Of a stretch of 64,000 nt of DNA, positions 49,269 through 60,124 are shown piece by piece. Location: contig CACZCD010000008.1 of assembly GCA_902779565.1 (NCBI GenBank), forward strand, positions 571-64,570, given 5' to 3'. The stretch comes from an uncultured bacterium (GTDB lineage Bacteria; Verrucomicrobiota; Kiritimatiellia; RFP12; UBA1067). Numbering within the stretch: position 1 is the first letter of the stretch; each line of letters opens with the position of its first letter. The notes beneath the pieces are model-generated. The model searched no databases. It was not told the DNA's origin and was given only the letters and a program-made list of their open reading frames with translations. The position numbers and the translations under genes are program-made.

Positions 49269-50645
49269 ATGAAAGCAAAGGCATGGAGACTTTACGGGGC
49301 GCGCGATGCGCGTCTTGAAGACATTGAACTTGAACCAGCCGGCGAGGAAGGCATTGTCGTCGAGCTGGTGACGAACACGATCTGCCTCAGCGACTACAAG
49401 GGCGCGACCCTCGGCACCGGGCACAAGCGAGTGCCGCGCGACATCGCGACGCGGCCGACGATGTTCGGGCACGAGGTTTCGGGCATCGTGCGCGAGGTGG
49501 GCACGAAGTGGAAAGACCAGTTCCACGTGGGTCAGCATGTGGGGCTTCAGCCGTCGCTGAACATTCCCGGGCACGAGCTGGAGACGGTCGGCTACGCCTG
49601 GCACACGATCGGCGGCGAAACGACGCACGTGTACCTCCCCTCCATCGTGATGGAGATGGGGTGCCTTCTGCCGTACGACGGCGATGCGTTCTTCAAGTGT
49701 TCGCTCGCCGAGCCGATCAGCTGCATCGTCTCGGGCTTTCGCACGAACTACCACAACGCGTTCTGCTCGCACGACCTTGAAGTGGGCATCGTCGATAAGG
49801 GCACGATGCTCCTGATGGCGGGTTGCGGCGCGATGGGCCTCGGCTGCATCGACATCGCCTGCCACTCGCCGGAGAAGCGTCCGCGCAGGCTTGTTGTGAC
49901 GGACATCGACGACACGCGCATGGCGCGCGCGGCGCAGATATTTGGCCTCTCCTACGCGAACGGCCGGGCCGACGGCGAGCTGAACGGCGTGGAGCTCCAC
50001 TTCATCAACGTGAAGGACATCGCGGACCCCGTTGCGACGTTGAAGGCGTACAATCGGACGGACGACGCCCGCGCCGACAATCCCACTTCGACGGGCGGCG
50101 GCTACGACGACATCTTCCTGATGGCGGCGGCACCTGCGCTGATCACGCAATGCTCCGACCTTCTTGGTTTCGGGGGCTGCCTCAACTTCTTCGCGGGTCC
50201 GACGGACCAGCATCTGATGGCGAGCTTCAACTTCTACAACGTCCACTACCTGATGCACCATGTGGTCGCAAACTCCGGCGGCGACGTGAAGGACATGGCC
50301 GATTCCGTCGATTGGATCGGGAAGGGCTATCTGCACCCGGAGGTGATGATCACGCATGTGGGCGGACTCGACTCCGCCGCCGAGGCGACCTTCGACATGC
50401 TGAAGATTCCGGGCGGCAAGCGCCTCGTTTATACGCACGTCAATATGCCGATGACGGCCATTGCGGATTTCGCGGAGAAGGGGAAGTCCGATCCGTTCTA
50501 TGCGGAGCTTGACCGCATCTGCTCGGCGAACAAGGGTCTTTGGTGCAAGGAGGCGGAGGACTACCTTCTCGCCCACGCGCCCAAGGTCGAGATCGGCGAG
50601 CCGAAAGAACTCGTCAAGGAGCGGATCTTAAGAGTAAGGAGTTGA
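49269..50645 (+). CDS. MDR-family (zinc-type) polyol/alcohol dehydrogenase-like protein, 458 aa
   Basis: MKAKAWRLYGARDARLEDIELEPAG..., ICLSDYK, GHE.SG and GCGAMGLG nucleotide-fold motifs. Confidence 0.65.
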   Translation: MKAKAWRLYGARDARLEDIELEPAGEEGIVVELVTNTICLSDYKGATLGTGHKRVPRDIATRPTMFGHEVSGIVREVGTKWKDQFHVGQHVGLQPSLNIPGHELETVGYAWHTIGGETTHVYLPSIVMEMGCLLPYDGDAFFKCSLAEPISCIVSGFRTNYHNAFCSHDLEVGIVDKGTMLLMAGCGAMGLGCIDIACHSPEKRPRRLVVTDIDDTRMARAAQIFGLSYANGRADGELNGVELHFINVKDIADPVATLKAYNRTDDARADNPTSTGGGYDDIFLMAAAPALITQCSDLLGFGGCLNFFAGPTDQHLMASFNFYNVHYLMHHVVANSGGDVKDMADSVDWIGKGYLHPEVMITHVGGLDSAAEATFDMLKIPGGKRLVYTHVNMPMTAIADFAEKGKSDPFYAELDRICSANKGLWCKEAEDYLLAHAPKVEIGEPKELVKERILRVRS

Positions 50646-50651
50646 TAAGTC

Positions 50652-51716
50652 ATGGAGAAGAGAACAGAGATTGGAAGACGGGAGTTCATCAGCGCGGCGG
50701 CGCTCGCGGCCGGTGGCGTGCTGACGGGGCGGGGCGTGCCGCCGGCCGGCAAGGATGGTTTCATCTGGTCGGCGCTCCTGCACATGGGCACGAACATGTG
50801 GAGCGATCAGCCCGTCACCTCCTGGGGGCCCTACAAGGGCGAGGATCTGAAGCTTGTGTGCCAGGCGGATCACGTGCGCTTCGATGAGTCGGTGTGGCGC
50901 AGAGTGACGGACCGCATGGTGAAGGTGGGCATGAACATGGTGATCATCGATCTCGGCGAGGCGATCCAGTATCCCAGCCATCCTGAGCTGTGGGTGAAGG
51001 GCAGCTGGGAGATCGAGCGGTTCCGCAAGGAACTGGCGCGCCTCCGGGCGATGGGTCTGGAGCCGATTCCCAAGATGAACTTCTCCGCCGCGCATGACGT
51101 GTGGCTCAAGCAGTACGAGCGCATGCTCTCCACAAAGACGTACTACCAGGTCTGTTCCGACCTCATCCGGGATGTGTATGAGATCTTCGACCATCCGCGC
51201 TTCCTGCACCTCGGCTACGATGAGGAGACGGTGGGGCATCAGCGCAAGTACCTCTACTGCACCGTGCGTCAGGGCGAACTGTGGTGGAACGACTTCCTGT
51301 GGTTCGTGAAGGAGACGGAGAAGACGGGGATGCGTCCGTGGATCTGGAGCGACTACGTGTGGCATCACCCCGATCTGTTCTTCAGCCGCATGCCGCGGAG
51401 TGTCCTGCAGTCCAACTGGTACTACAGCAGTCTGTTCAGCGAGGAGAAGCTGAAGGCGGCGGGCAAGGAGAGGTACATCACGTACGTCAAGGCCTACGAG
51501 CTGCTCGACAAGGCGGGCTTTGATCAGGTGCCGACAGGGTCGAACTGGAGCCATGACGACAACTTCGCGGGCACGGTGGACCACTGCCGGAGGGTCTGTG
51601 CGCCCGACCGGCTGAAGGGCTTCATGATGGCGCCGTGGTTCTTCACGCTGCCCGGATGGGAGAAGAAACTCCTGGAGGGCATTGACCAGGTTGGGGCGGA
51701 GATCAAGAAGGGATAG
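50652..51716 (+). CDS. Tat-signal protein, TIM-barrel glycoside-hydrolase-like (family not identified)
   Basis: The twin-arginine signal GRREFISAAALAAGGVL is clear. The rest is only weakly suggestive (IPKMNFSAAHDVWL, HLGYDEE). Confidence 0.5.
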   Translation: MEKRTEIGRREFISAAALAAGGVLTGRGVPPAGKDGFIWSALLHMGTNMWSDQPVTSWGPYKGEDLKLVCQADHVRFDESVWRRVTDRMVKVGMNMVIIDLGEAIQYPSHPELWVKGSWEIERFRKELARLRAMGLEPIPKMNFSAAHDVWLKQYERMLSTKTYYQVCSDLIRDVYEIFDHPRFLHLGYDEETVGHQRKYLYCTVRQGELWWNDFLWFVKETEKTGMRPWIWSDYVWHHPDLFFSRMPRSVLQSNWYYSSLFSEEKLKAAGKERYITYVKAYELLDKAGFDQVPTGSNWSHDDNFAGTVDHCRRVCAPDRLKGFMMAPWFFTLPGWEKKLLEGIDQVGAEIKKG

Positions 51717-51719
51717 AAG

Positions 51720-52748
51720 ATGGGAATCGGTCGTAGAGGTTTCATCGGCGCCGGCGTGGCGTCGCTGTTTGCGGGGAGCCTATCGGCCAAGTCGGCGGCG
51801 GATGAAGTGAAGTTCTGCGCGTTCGCGGACATTCACTACTATCCGGGCGTGTTCCCGCACGACACGCGCGAATGGCTGGAGCGCGTGTTGAACCGCGCCG
51901 AGAGGTCAAAGGTCGATTTCATCATCCACATGGGCGATTTCACCCACACGCCGGCCAAGTGCAAGGACTATGTGGACTTCTACAACGACTTCCGCATCAA
52001 GACCTACCACACGGTCGGCAACCACGACGACGACGGCAACTCTCACGAGGAGACGCTTGCCGCCTATCGTCTCGACCGGGGATACTACCACTTCGACCGG
52101 GGAGGGTTTCGCTTCATCGTGACGGACACCAACAACTGTCTAATGGACGGCAAGTGGGTGCATTATTCTAGCAGTAACTACTATGCCGTCGGGCGAAAGA
52201 GCGGTAGTCTCATCACCCGCGTTCCGCCTGAACAGCTGGAGTGGCTGAAGGCGGCCATTGAAAGTTCGCCGTATCCGTGCATCGTGACGAGCCACGCCAG
52301 CTACGAGCGTGAGGACGGCTCGCCGGACCGCGCGGCCGTCCGCAAGATCTTCGACGACGCGAACGCGAAGCACCCCGGACGCGTCCGCCTTGTGATCAAC
52401 GGTCACCACCACTGCGACCACGTGCGCATCTTGGAGAACATCGTCTATCTCGATCTCAACTCGGCCAGCTACGACTGGATGGTGAAGACGCACACGGCCT
52501 ATCCCGAGGAAGACGTGAAGCGCTGGAAGCACGCCCGGCACGTGATCGCATGGAACGATCCCGTGAGCGCCATCATCACCATCAACCAGAACGGGCATCT
52601 GAAGGTGGAGGGACAGCGGAGCGAGTTCTACCGGGGCGTCACGCCGGTGATGGCGGGGTTGCCTGCGACGAACGGTCGTCAGAATCGACTCATCACGCCG
52701 AACGTCCAGTCTTTCGAGATGACGATGTCCTATTCTCACAGCATTTGA
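51720..52748 (+). CDS. Tat-signal calcineurin-like metallophosphoesterase
   Basis: GRRGFIGAGVASLFAG, FADIHY, HMGDFTH, VGNHDDDG, NGHHH. Confidence 0.7.
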   Translation: MGIGRRGFIGAGVASLFAGSLSAKSAADEVKFCAFADIHYYPGVFPHDTREWLERVLNRAERSKVDFIIHMGDFTHTPAKCKDYVDFYNDFRIKTYHTVGNHDDDGNSHEETLAAYRLDRGYYHFDRGGFRFIVTDTNNCLMDGKWVHYSSSNYYAVGRKSGSLITRVPPEQLEWLKAAIESSPYPCIVTSHASYEREDGSPDRAAVRKIFDDANAKHPGRVRLVINGHHHCDHVRILENIVYLDLNSASYDWMVKTHTAYPEEDVKRWKHARHVIAWNDPVSAIITINQNGHLKVEGQRSEFYRGVTPVMAGLPATNGRQNRLITPNVQSFEMTMSYSHSI

Positions 52749-52792
52749 ACAGTTAAGGAAGCAAGTAAGGAAGTAAAGGGAAGTAAAGAAGA

Positions 52793-53692
52793 ATGAATAG
52801 ACTTGTTTTTGCATCAGCCGTGGCGGTTGTCATGGCGGTGCGGTGCGACGCGATCGATCTGTCGAGGGGAAGCTGGAAGGTGCCGAGCTGGGATCCGCGT
52901 CTGACGCAGGCGGGGGCGGTCAAGGAATTCGTTGACAAGACGTGGTGCGGACACGTGCAGGGAATGTGCGCCAACTCCAATGCGCTCTACTTTGCCTACC
53001 ATACGCAGATCGTGAAGACCGACTGGTGCGGGCACCTGATAAAGCGTGTTGAGGTCGAACGCCATACTGGCGACATCTGTCTCTGGGAAGGGCGGCTGTA
53101 CACGGCGCTGTGCCATGCCGACAAGGGGAAGGGACGTGGGCGCATACAGGTGTTCGACGAGGATCTGAACTTCATCAAAGAGACGTACCTTGCGCGCCCG
53201 GGGGACGGAATTACGTGTCTGGACGGCGTGTTGTACGTGGGGCTGGGACCTGCCGGCACAAAGGCCGAGCCGTATCGCGGCAACTGGTACGGCAAGTTCG
53301 ATGCCGAGACGCTCAAGCCGCTCTGCGAGCCGTTCAGGCTCGACCACGGCTACGACTGCTGCGCGGGCGTTCAGAACATGACGACGGACGGGAAGTACAT
53401 CTACGCCAACTACTACTGTCCCGACGAGACGGCGGACACGCCGTGCTTCATCGTGTTTGACAGGGACATGAACGTGAAGGGCGCGCATCTCTTCGGCTGG
53501 CGGCAGGGAATGGACGTTGTGCCCGGTGGGAAGGACGGCGCAGTTCGCTTCATCTACTGCACCACGATCAATTGGTACGGGACGAAGCACCATGCCGCCG
53601 TCCAGGCGCTCATCCAGTTCGCTGAACTTAAGAACGGCAGGATACGCGATATCTCGCGCCACTGCATCTTCGACAAGCCCATTGACCGGTAA
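52793..53692 (+). CDS. secreted Cys/Trp-rich protein, family A copy 1 (unknown function)
   Basis: Signal peptide. Paralog of 56220..57134, sharing blocks GHVQG.C..SNA.Y, DW.GHL, GDIC.W.G.LYTA.C, GITC.DGVLYVGLGPA, YGKFDAETL.PLCEPF..DHGYDC.AGVQN. Confidence 0.55.
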   Translation: MNRLVFASAVAVVMAVRCDAIDLSRGSWKVPSWDPRLTQAGAVKEFVDKTWCGHVQGMCANSNALYFAYHTQIVKTDWCGHLIKRVEVERHTGDICLWEGRLYTALCHADKGKGRGRIQVFDEDLNFIKETYLARPGDGITCLDGVLYVGLGPAGTKAEPYRGNWYGKFDAETLKPLCEPFRLDHGYDCCAGVQNMTTDGKYIYANYYCPDETADTPCFIVFDRDMNVKGAHLFGWRQGMDVVPGGKDGAVRFIYCTTINWYGTKHHAAVQALIQFAELKNGRIRDISRHCIFDKPIDR

Positions 53693-53905
53693 CGTAGGCG
53701 CATGTGGCACTCCCTGCTGCCGCGAGGATTTGAGGAATGTCAAATGGCACTTCGACTCCACGTGGCAAAAAACTGTCCAATTCCATAGTAGGGAAGGCAT
53801 GGCGTGGCGAGGGTGGATGAGATATGCAAGTTTTGAATTTCAATATGCAATTGAAAGTGGATGGTCGATATGGTACCTTATGTGTCCAAAGGAAAGGAAT
53901 CGACG

Positions 53906-56143
53906 ATGAAATTCAGTACAGTTCTTGCGTGCAGTGCCGCCGTCGCGTTCACATTCGCCTCGTCCGCGTTCGGCGAGGATGCCTACATCGAATCCGATGG
54001 CTCTGACGGCGCCGGCATCAATACCGGCTTCTTTGTCGGTCCGCAGACCAAGATCGAGATCGACTTCCAGCTGACGACGAATTCCCAGAATCAGGTGCGT
54101 TTCTTCGGTGCGAAGGGAACGGAAAAGAGCGATACCGACCCCGAATGCGAGTGCTACGTCGGCAAGAACGGCTCCGGTACGGAGTGCTTCTCCTTCATCA
54201 GTGGCGCGAGCGGCGGCACCCGGCAGGCTAGCAATCTCAAGGCGATCGATACGCTGCGTCACAGGATCGTGCTGGACTTCTATGAGGCAAAGGAGTTTCA
54301 GGTATGGACGGGCGACTCGAAGACCAAGAAGGATCTCAGCGATTTCCCTGCCCACCGGCAGAACTATCCGCTGGTGTTCTTCTGCAAGAACTACACTTCC
54401 TACGGAACCTACTCGTCCTATACGACGACCCTTGCGTATCCCGCCAAGATGAGGGTCTATCGCTTCCGCATCTGGGAGGCGGGTGTGCTTGTCAGGGACT
54501 ATACGCCTTTCAAGAAGGGCGGCATTGCGGGCTTCAAGGAGAATTGCTCCGGACGGTTCGTGATGGGTGAGAACATCGCAGCATTCACGGCAGGGGGTGA
54601 TGTGGAAGAAGGACCGGATGACCCTTACATTACATCCGAGGGCAGGAATCTTCCGGGGCAATCCGTAAGCGGGAGCACCATCTACATAGATACCGGGTAT
54701 CTGTTCAATCCGACCACCCGTATCGAATTTGACTATGCACTTATGACAAACTGGGCCACGAACAATCTATATGGTTCGGACTCCAAGAACATCTTTACAG
54801 GCCCATCTTCCAATGGCTATATCGTCTATCTGTTCATGCATGGTGGCGCTGCAAACGTAGGTTACTACTACACGAAGGTCGGAAAGGCCGAAGGTAGCGC
54901 TTCGGGGATCGGCCTCGCAACCGCCTATGGCGTGCGACGTAGCGCATCGGTGAACAGCAACAAGTTCCACATTATCACGGCGGGATACACGAACCACACG
55001 AGGACGGCATCTGCGGAGCAGGCGATTACGACGACGCTTGCAGGAACGCTGAAGCTTGGCACCTATCTGCCGATGAGGATCTATGGGCTTAAGATCTATG
55101 AATCGGATGTGCTGGTCAAGAATTATCTGCCGTTTGTGAAAAACGGCGTTGCGGGGCTTACCAACAGCTTGGACGCCTCCGACATCAAGCTTTCCACAAC
55201 AGTCGGGCTGACTTCACCCATCACTGCCGTGTATGACGCGGGTGGCGACATCACGGACGATGATTACGAGAAGGAGGCGTACGTCGAATTCCCGGGCGTG
55301 GCAGGGCAGGGCGTCAACACGGGCCATATCGTCACGAAGGATACGTGCATCGAAATGGATTTCTCGTGCTGGAACACGACTTCCACCAGTGAACCCTTCT
55401 TCTTCGAGCAGATGGGTGCAAACGGAAGTGTGCATGCGCGCCTTTTCCGGCGCAGCAACAATTACTTCTCCTATCGCTTTGAGGATCTTCCATCTTCGAA
55501 TTGGACAAATGTCCGGGCGCTCGACAACGAGCGCTACCAGTTCAAGTTCGATGCTCCGAAAGGCTGCATGACGATTCAAAAGAATGGCGAGGAGCTGTAC
55601 AACGAGTCCATGCCCGGCTCCCTCACGGCTACGACTTGCAGCACCAACCTTTGGATCGGTTGCAACTGGGCCGGATTGACGCACAATGCGTTCATGCGGC
55701 TCTACAACTTCAAGATCACCGAAGCGGGCGAAGTTGTGCGCAACTACGTGCCGTGCGTCCGCAACGGGCAGGCGGGGCTTTACGATCTTGTGAACAACAC
55801 CTTTTCGGCGGTTGCCGGCGGCAAGGTGCGCGGCGCGACGCTTGCGGGGCAGGAGTTCCAGATTTCGCCGCAGCCTGCGACGCTGACGCACCAGGAGGGA
55901 GAAAACACCACCACGCTCACCTGCCTTGCCGCCGGTGCGCAGCGCTATGAATGGTACCTGAACGGCGAGAAGGAGGACATTGATTCCGATTCCGTCACGG
56001 TGACGTGGACGCACAAGAGGCCACATGTCCGTACCTACTCGGTCGTGCCTGTTTACACGGTTTTCAACGAGACGGTCAAGGGGACCCCGATCACGGCTAC
56101 GGTGGAGATGACGCCGCGTGGCACTGTCGTGAAGATTCGGTAA
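53906..56143 (+). CDS. secreted triple-repeat protein with C-terminal Ig-like domain, family B copy 1
   Basis: Signal peptide MKFSTVLACSAAVAFTFASSAFG. Three ~230-aa repeats each start [DE]xAY[IV]E...TG and end MR[IVL]Y.[FL][KR]I.E.G..V[RK][ND]Y.P..[KR].G.AG. An Ig-like tail follows (TTLTCLAAGAQRYEWY). Paralog of 60125..62473. Confidence 0.6.
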   Translation: MKFSTVLACSAAVAFTFASSAFGEDAYIESDGSDGAGINTGFFVGPQTKIEIDFQLTTNSQNQVRFFGAKGTEKSDTDPECECYVGKNGSGTECFSFISGASGGTRQASNLKAIDTLRHRIVLDFYEAKEFQVWTGDSKTKKDLSDFPAHRQNYPLVFFCKNYTSYGTYSSYTTTLAYPAKMRVYRFRIWEAGVLVRDYTPFKKGGIAGFKENCSGRFVMGENIAAFTAGGDVEEGPDDPYITSEGRNLPGQSVSGSTIYIDTGYLFNPTTRIEFDYALMTNWATNNLYGSDSKNIFTGPSSNGYIVYLFMHGGAANVGYYYTKVGKAEGSASGIGLATAYGVRRSASVNSNKFHIITAGYTNHTRTASAEQAITTTLAGTLKLGTYLPMRIYGLKIYESDVLVKNYLPFVKNGVAGLTNSLDASDIKLSTTVGLTSPITAVYDAGGDITDDDYEKEAYVEFPGVAGQGVNTGHIVTKDTCIEMDFSCWNTTSTSEPFFFEQMGANGSVHARLFRRSNNYFSYRFEDLPSSNWTNVRALDNERYQFKFDAPKGCMTIQKNGEELYNESMPGSLTATTCSTNLWIGCNWAGLTHNAFMRLYNFKITEAGEVVRNYVPCVRNGQAGLYDLVNNTFSAVAGGKVRGATLAGQEFQISPQPATLTHQEGENTTTLTCLAAGAQRYEWYLNGEKEDIDSDSVTVTWTHKRPHVRTYSVVPVYTVFNETVKGTPITATVEMTPRGTVVKIR

Positions 56144-56219
56144 TTGGGTAAGAGTTATGGTCTATACGGCGGATCATCTGCGCTTTGACGAAGCCGTTCG
56201 GCGTCGCGTCGCGGATCGC

Positions 56220-57134
56220 ATGAAAAGAACGATCTTGGCGGTTTCGCTTGTTGCGGCGGTGTTAGGATTGAATGCGGCACCCGCTGTCGCTGATGGTTCC
56301 GGCGTGGCAAGGCCCGCGCCACCGGTGCCGCCGAACTGGGAACCGATCCTGACGCGTCCGGGCGCGCTCGCGAAGGGCAGCGGACACGTTCAGGGTTTCT
56401 GCGTGACGTCTAACGCGATCTACGCGACGCTCCACGACGGGTTGTACAAGTTCGACTGGTACGGTCATCTCCTGATGCACGTCTCCGCCGACAAACACCA
56501 GGGCGACATCTGCTACTGGAACGGCAAGCTCTACACGGCGGTGTGCATCCCGAAGGACGTGCCGAAGCGTGGGCGCATCGATGTGTGGGACGAGAACCTG
56601 AAGCGCATAAAGACCACGGAGTTCGTGCGTTCCGCCGACGGCATCACGTGCATGGACGGCGTGCTGTACGTGGGGCTTGGCCCGGCGCGCATCCCAGACA
56701 AGCCCTTTCGCGGCAACTATTTCGGTAAGTTCGACGCCGAGACGCTCCAGCCGCTCTGCGAGCCGTTCCTCGTTGACCATGGCTACGACTGCAGCGCCGG
56801 CGTCCAGAACATCGCGACGGACGGCGAGCGGCTCTACATCAACTTCTATACGCCGGAAGAGGACTATCCGTGCTTCTTCGTGTTCGACAAGGACTTCAAC
56901 GTGCTGCAGTCGCACGTATTCGGCTGGCGGCATGGCGTCGATCTTGTGGGCGGCGGCGAACCGGGGGCGGTGCGGCTCATCTACGCTTTAACGATCAACT
57001 GCTGGTCGAAGGCGAGCAAGCAACAGCTGGATCCGGCGCCCTCGCAGAACCTCTTTAGATACGCAGAGCTGAAGGACGGGACGATACGCGACATCACGCG
57101 TTACATCAAGTTCCGCAACGAGAAGAAGCGGTAA
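56220..57134 (+). CDS. secreted Cys/Trp-rich protein, family A copy 2
   Basis: MKRTILAVSLVAAVLGLNA signal peptide. Co-linear with 52793..53692. Confidence 0.55.
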   Translation: MKRTILAVSLVAAVLGLNAAPAVADGSGVARPAPPVPPNWEPILTRPGALAKGSGHVQGFCVTSNAIYATLHDGLYKFDWYGHLLMHVSADKHQGDICYWNGKLYTAVCIPKDVPKRGRIDVWDENLKRIKTTEFVRSADGITCMDGVLYVGLGPARIPDKPFRGNYFGKFDAETLQPLCEPFLVDHGYDCSAGVQNIATDGERLYINFYTPEEDYPCFFVFDKDFNVLQSHVFGWRHGVDLVGGGEPGAVRLIYALTINCWSKASKQQLDPAPSQNLFRYAELKDGTIRDITRYIKFRNEKKR

Positions 57135-57186
57135 AGTCGGCGGTTGGTTTTAGCGGATGCCACATCGATAAGTGTGGAAAATCACC

Positions 57187-57807
57187 TTAGAGTTTCAGAA
57201 GGTGTTTACGGAAGGTAATGGCGACGGCCTCCGAGCGGTTGGCTGCGCCGAGCTTCGCGAATATCGCGTTTACATGTTCTTTGACGCTGTCTTCGCGGAT
57301 GCCCAAGGACTTGGCGATGTCGGCGTTGGTAAGGCCGCGCGTGATGCAATGGAGGATCTCGGTCTGGCGCGACGTCAGGTCGGGCACGGGAGGGTCTTCG
57401 GCAAGCTGGCGCGCGATCTCCGGTGCTATGACACGTCCCCCGGCGGCAATGGTACGAATGGCGGCGACAAATTCTGAAAACTCCGTGCTCTTCATCAACG
57501 CTCCCGTTGCACCCGCCGAAAGCGCATGCGCAATTCCGTCCGACGCGCCGTAGGACGTAAGGATCATGATCTTGGTGTCTGGAAACTGGCGGTGTATTTC
57601 AGCCGTTGCGTCGAAGCCGTCCATCTTGGGCATCATGAGATCCATGATGACGACATCAGGCCTCAGCTTGAGGGTCTTGCGCACGGCATCTTCGCCGTCC
57701 TCGGCCTCGCCAACGACATCGATGTCGCTTTGCGTGCCGAGCAAAGATGCCAGTCCCATGCGCACGATCGCATGGTCATCTGCCAGCAGGACTTTGATTG
57801 GTTTCAT
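57187..57807 (-). CDS. NarL/FixJ-family response regulator (REC plus LuxR HTH)
   Basis: KVLLADDHAIVRMGL, DVVIMDLMMPKMDG, and C-terminal LTSRQTEILHCITRGLTNADIAKSLGIREDSVKEHVNAIFAKLG. Confidence 0.88.
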   Translation of the reverse strand: MKPIKVLLADDHAIVRMGLASLLGTQSDIDVVGEAEDGEDAVRKTLKLRPDVVIMDLMMPKMDGFDATAEIHRQFPDTKIMILTSYGASDGIAHALSAGATGALMKSTEFSEFVAAIRTIAAGGRVIAPEIARQLAEDPPVPDLTSRQTEILHCITRGLTNADIAKSLGIREDSVKEHVNAIFAKLGAANRSEAVAITFRKHLLKL

Positions 57808-57823
57808 GGTGGAGAATGATGGT

Positions 57824-59965
57824 TTATTGGCGATGGGTTGTTTGGATTGAAATGGTCACTTTCGTGCCTTTGCCCGGAGCGCTCGCGATCTCGATCTTGC
57901 CGCCGAACCGCATGACCCGCTCCCTGATGCCTTGCAAGCCGAAGTGTCCTTGCAGGATGCCGGGGTGGTCATCGGGATCGAATCCGCATCCATTGTCCTG
58001 TACGGAAAAAAGAAGTTGCTCCGCTTCGAGGCTTCCGGCGATCTTGACCGTATTCGCATGTCCGTGCCGGATGGCGTTCTGAACCAGTTCGCGGATCATC
58101 CGAAGGAGCGCATGGGCGGTGCCGTCGGAAAGCCGTTCGCGCGGAACGTTGAAGCGCACGACGAGTTCCGTACCATCTATGAACTGCGCAAGTGTCCTAC
58201 GTATCGCCGAATCCATCGTCTTCTCTTCCAGCGCGTCGTTGCGGAGGTCCCAGAGGCAGTTGCGAAGCTCTTCGCGGCAGGATTTCACCGTCTTCGAGGC
58301 AATCTTCAGGTGGCGGTGCGCCTTGGATGGATCGTCGTCGATCAACACGTCGGTGGTTTCGATCTCCAGCGCGGCTCCGGTCAGGTTCTGCGAGAGCGCA
58401 TCGTGCAGCTCGATCGCCAGGCGCGTACGCTCACCCACTTTCAGGTCTGCCGTCACGCGGGCGACCGTCTCTTCGGTCAGTTCGCGTCCGCGCCGCTCCG
58501 CGACCCGGTTGAGCTGCCGGTTCCATACAAACACGCCCGCGAGCGCGGCCAGAAGCGTGCCGATTACGGATAGCAGCCGTCCGGTTGTCAACCAGGGCGG
58601 GCGGGACAGAATGCGCACGTCGTCAGGTGTGCGTACGACGACGGCGAAGTCGTCCACGCGCGGAAAGGGTTCGTTCGGCCGCCAGTTCTCCATCTCGAAA
58701 AGGCAGATGCCCGCCACTTCGATCACGCATCCGATCTCCACACCTGCAAGGGCCTGCGGACATGCGCTCACATCGATGGGTATAATGTACCTGTCGCAGT
58801 CAAGCGACAGTCTGCCGTCGGAATAGTCCGGGGAGGGAAGGCTCCGCACGACGCCCTTCAGCCTGACGGCCTTGCCGTGATACCGAATCTGGACGGCAGG
58901 TCTGCCGCCGCCGTCATTCAGCAGCCGCCGGGCGGTCACATCCACTGGTGGCGGTTCGGCCGCCACGGCGACGCTGTTCGTACGCCAGATGGCGCGGGAG
59001 AGGTTGAGGCGGTAGAGATCCGTTTCCGGCTTGCCCGCCGCTTCGATGCACATTCCGTATGACGGCGGCCTACGCTCGGCGAGATCGACCCTCGCTAAGT
59101 TCCCCTCGGCCGTTCTCAGGAGCAGCCGGTCTCCGTGCCATACGGCAATCACGCGCCCTGTCATCCGCCGTCGCGCCATGCTGTTGATGACGGCGGCGCT
59201 ATCGTGCTGTTTCGCGGTAAGCGCCGGAACGTCAAATGGATCGGCTGGCGCTGGACGGATCACCGAGACGGCGTCACGGCCGGAGATCAGGATGAAACGC
59301 CCCGAATGAAATCTCGGTTCGGTGATCAGCTCGGAATAGAACCCCGTGATGGTGATTTCGGCACCGATCAGGTCGTTCATGTCGTCGTGGGCCGACTGGG
59401 AGGACGCAAAACAGGCATAGATGGATTCGCGGCCGCTCCGGAGGATCAGAAACCCCCACAGCGGATCGATGTCGTCGAGGAACGCGTCCACGACGGTACC
59501 CTTGAAGCGCACAAGCTTGTTGTCGAAAAGACCTTCCGCCAAGTCGGCTGCATCGACCTCGACCGGCGGAGGAATGGGCGCTTGGGAAAGCACATCGGCG
59601 GTCTTGGCGATGGCATAGCAGGAATGGCCCCGAAATCCGGATTTGGTTGATCCTCTGATGTGGACGTGATCGCCTTTCGACAGGCGGTTTTCAGGCGATG
59701 TCTCCGACATTTCGATCATGATGGCGCCGGTGGCGTCCTGCACGGCACACCGATACATGTTCTTCGTGTACGGCTGAATGATGGTTGCCGTTATGTCAAA
59801 CGGCATTCCGTTTCTGCCCTCGCGCAGGGCTTCCGTGAGTGCGGCGACAGACGAAATCGCGTTTTGGTTTCCGGTTTCGGCGAAAGCCGAAAACAGGAAC
59901 GCGAACAGAACGACACCTGCCGACAATAGGCGCTTCACGCGGGAGCTCTTGAGGATAATCTTCAT
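57824..59965 (-). CDS. sensor histidine kinase (HisKA_3/NarX-type) with a large extracytoplasmic N-terminal region
   Basis: Signal/TM MKIILKSSRVKRLLSAGVVLFAFLFSAFA and a second TM ~LLSVIGTLLAALAGVFVW. H-box RLAIELHDALSQNL. HATPase motifs NAIRHG, DNGCGF, GLQGIRERV. Confidence 0.85.
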   Translation of the reverse strand: MKIILKSSRVKRLLSAGVVLFAFLFSAFAETGNQNAISSVAALTEALREGRNGMPFDITATIIQPYTKNMYRCAVQDATGAIMIEMSETSPENRLSKGDHVHIRGSTKSGFRGHSCYAIAKTADVLSQAPIPPPVEVDAADLAEGLFDNKLVRFKGTVVDAFLDDIDPLWGFLILRSGRESIYACFASSQSAHDDMNDLIGAEITITGFYSELITEPRFHSGRFILISGRDAVSVIRPAPADPFDVPALTAKQHDSAAVINSMARRRMTGRVIAVWHGDRLLLRTAEGNLARVDLAERRPPSYGMCIEAAGKPETDLYRLNLSRAIWRTNSVAVAAEPPPVDVTARRLLNDGGGRPAVQIRYHGKAVRLKGVVRSLPSPDYSDGRLSLDCDRYIIPIDVSACPQALAGVEIGCVIEVAGICLFEMENWRPNEPFPRVDDFAVVVRTPDDVRILSRPPWLTTGRLLSVIGTLLAALAGVFVWNRQLNRVAERRGRELTEETVARVTADLKVGERTRLAIELHDALSQNLTGAALEIETTDVLIDDDPSKAHRHLKIASKTVKSCREELRNCLWDLRNDALEEKTMDSAIRRTLAQFIDGTELVVRFNVPRERLSDGTAHALLRMIRELVQNAIRHGHANTVKIAGSLEAEQLLFSVQDNGCGFDPDDHPGILQGHFGLQGIRERVMRFGGKIEIASAPGKGTKVTISIQTTHRQ

Positions 59966-60124
59966 TGTTCCACGCCGCAAATTATAGCATAATGAGCCGC
60001 AGGCGTGTGGCGGGAAAGGGGACACTTGCCCTCGTCATCACCCCCCTAAAGTGGGGTGTTGGAACGGGGCATAGTTTGATATACTTCTGCCGTTACTTTG
60101 AACAGTCATTAGGAGATGAACACG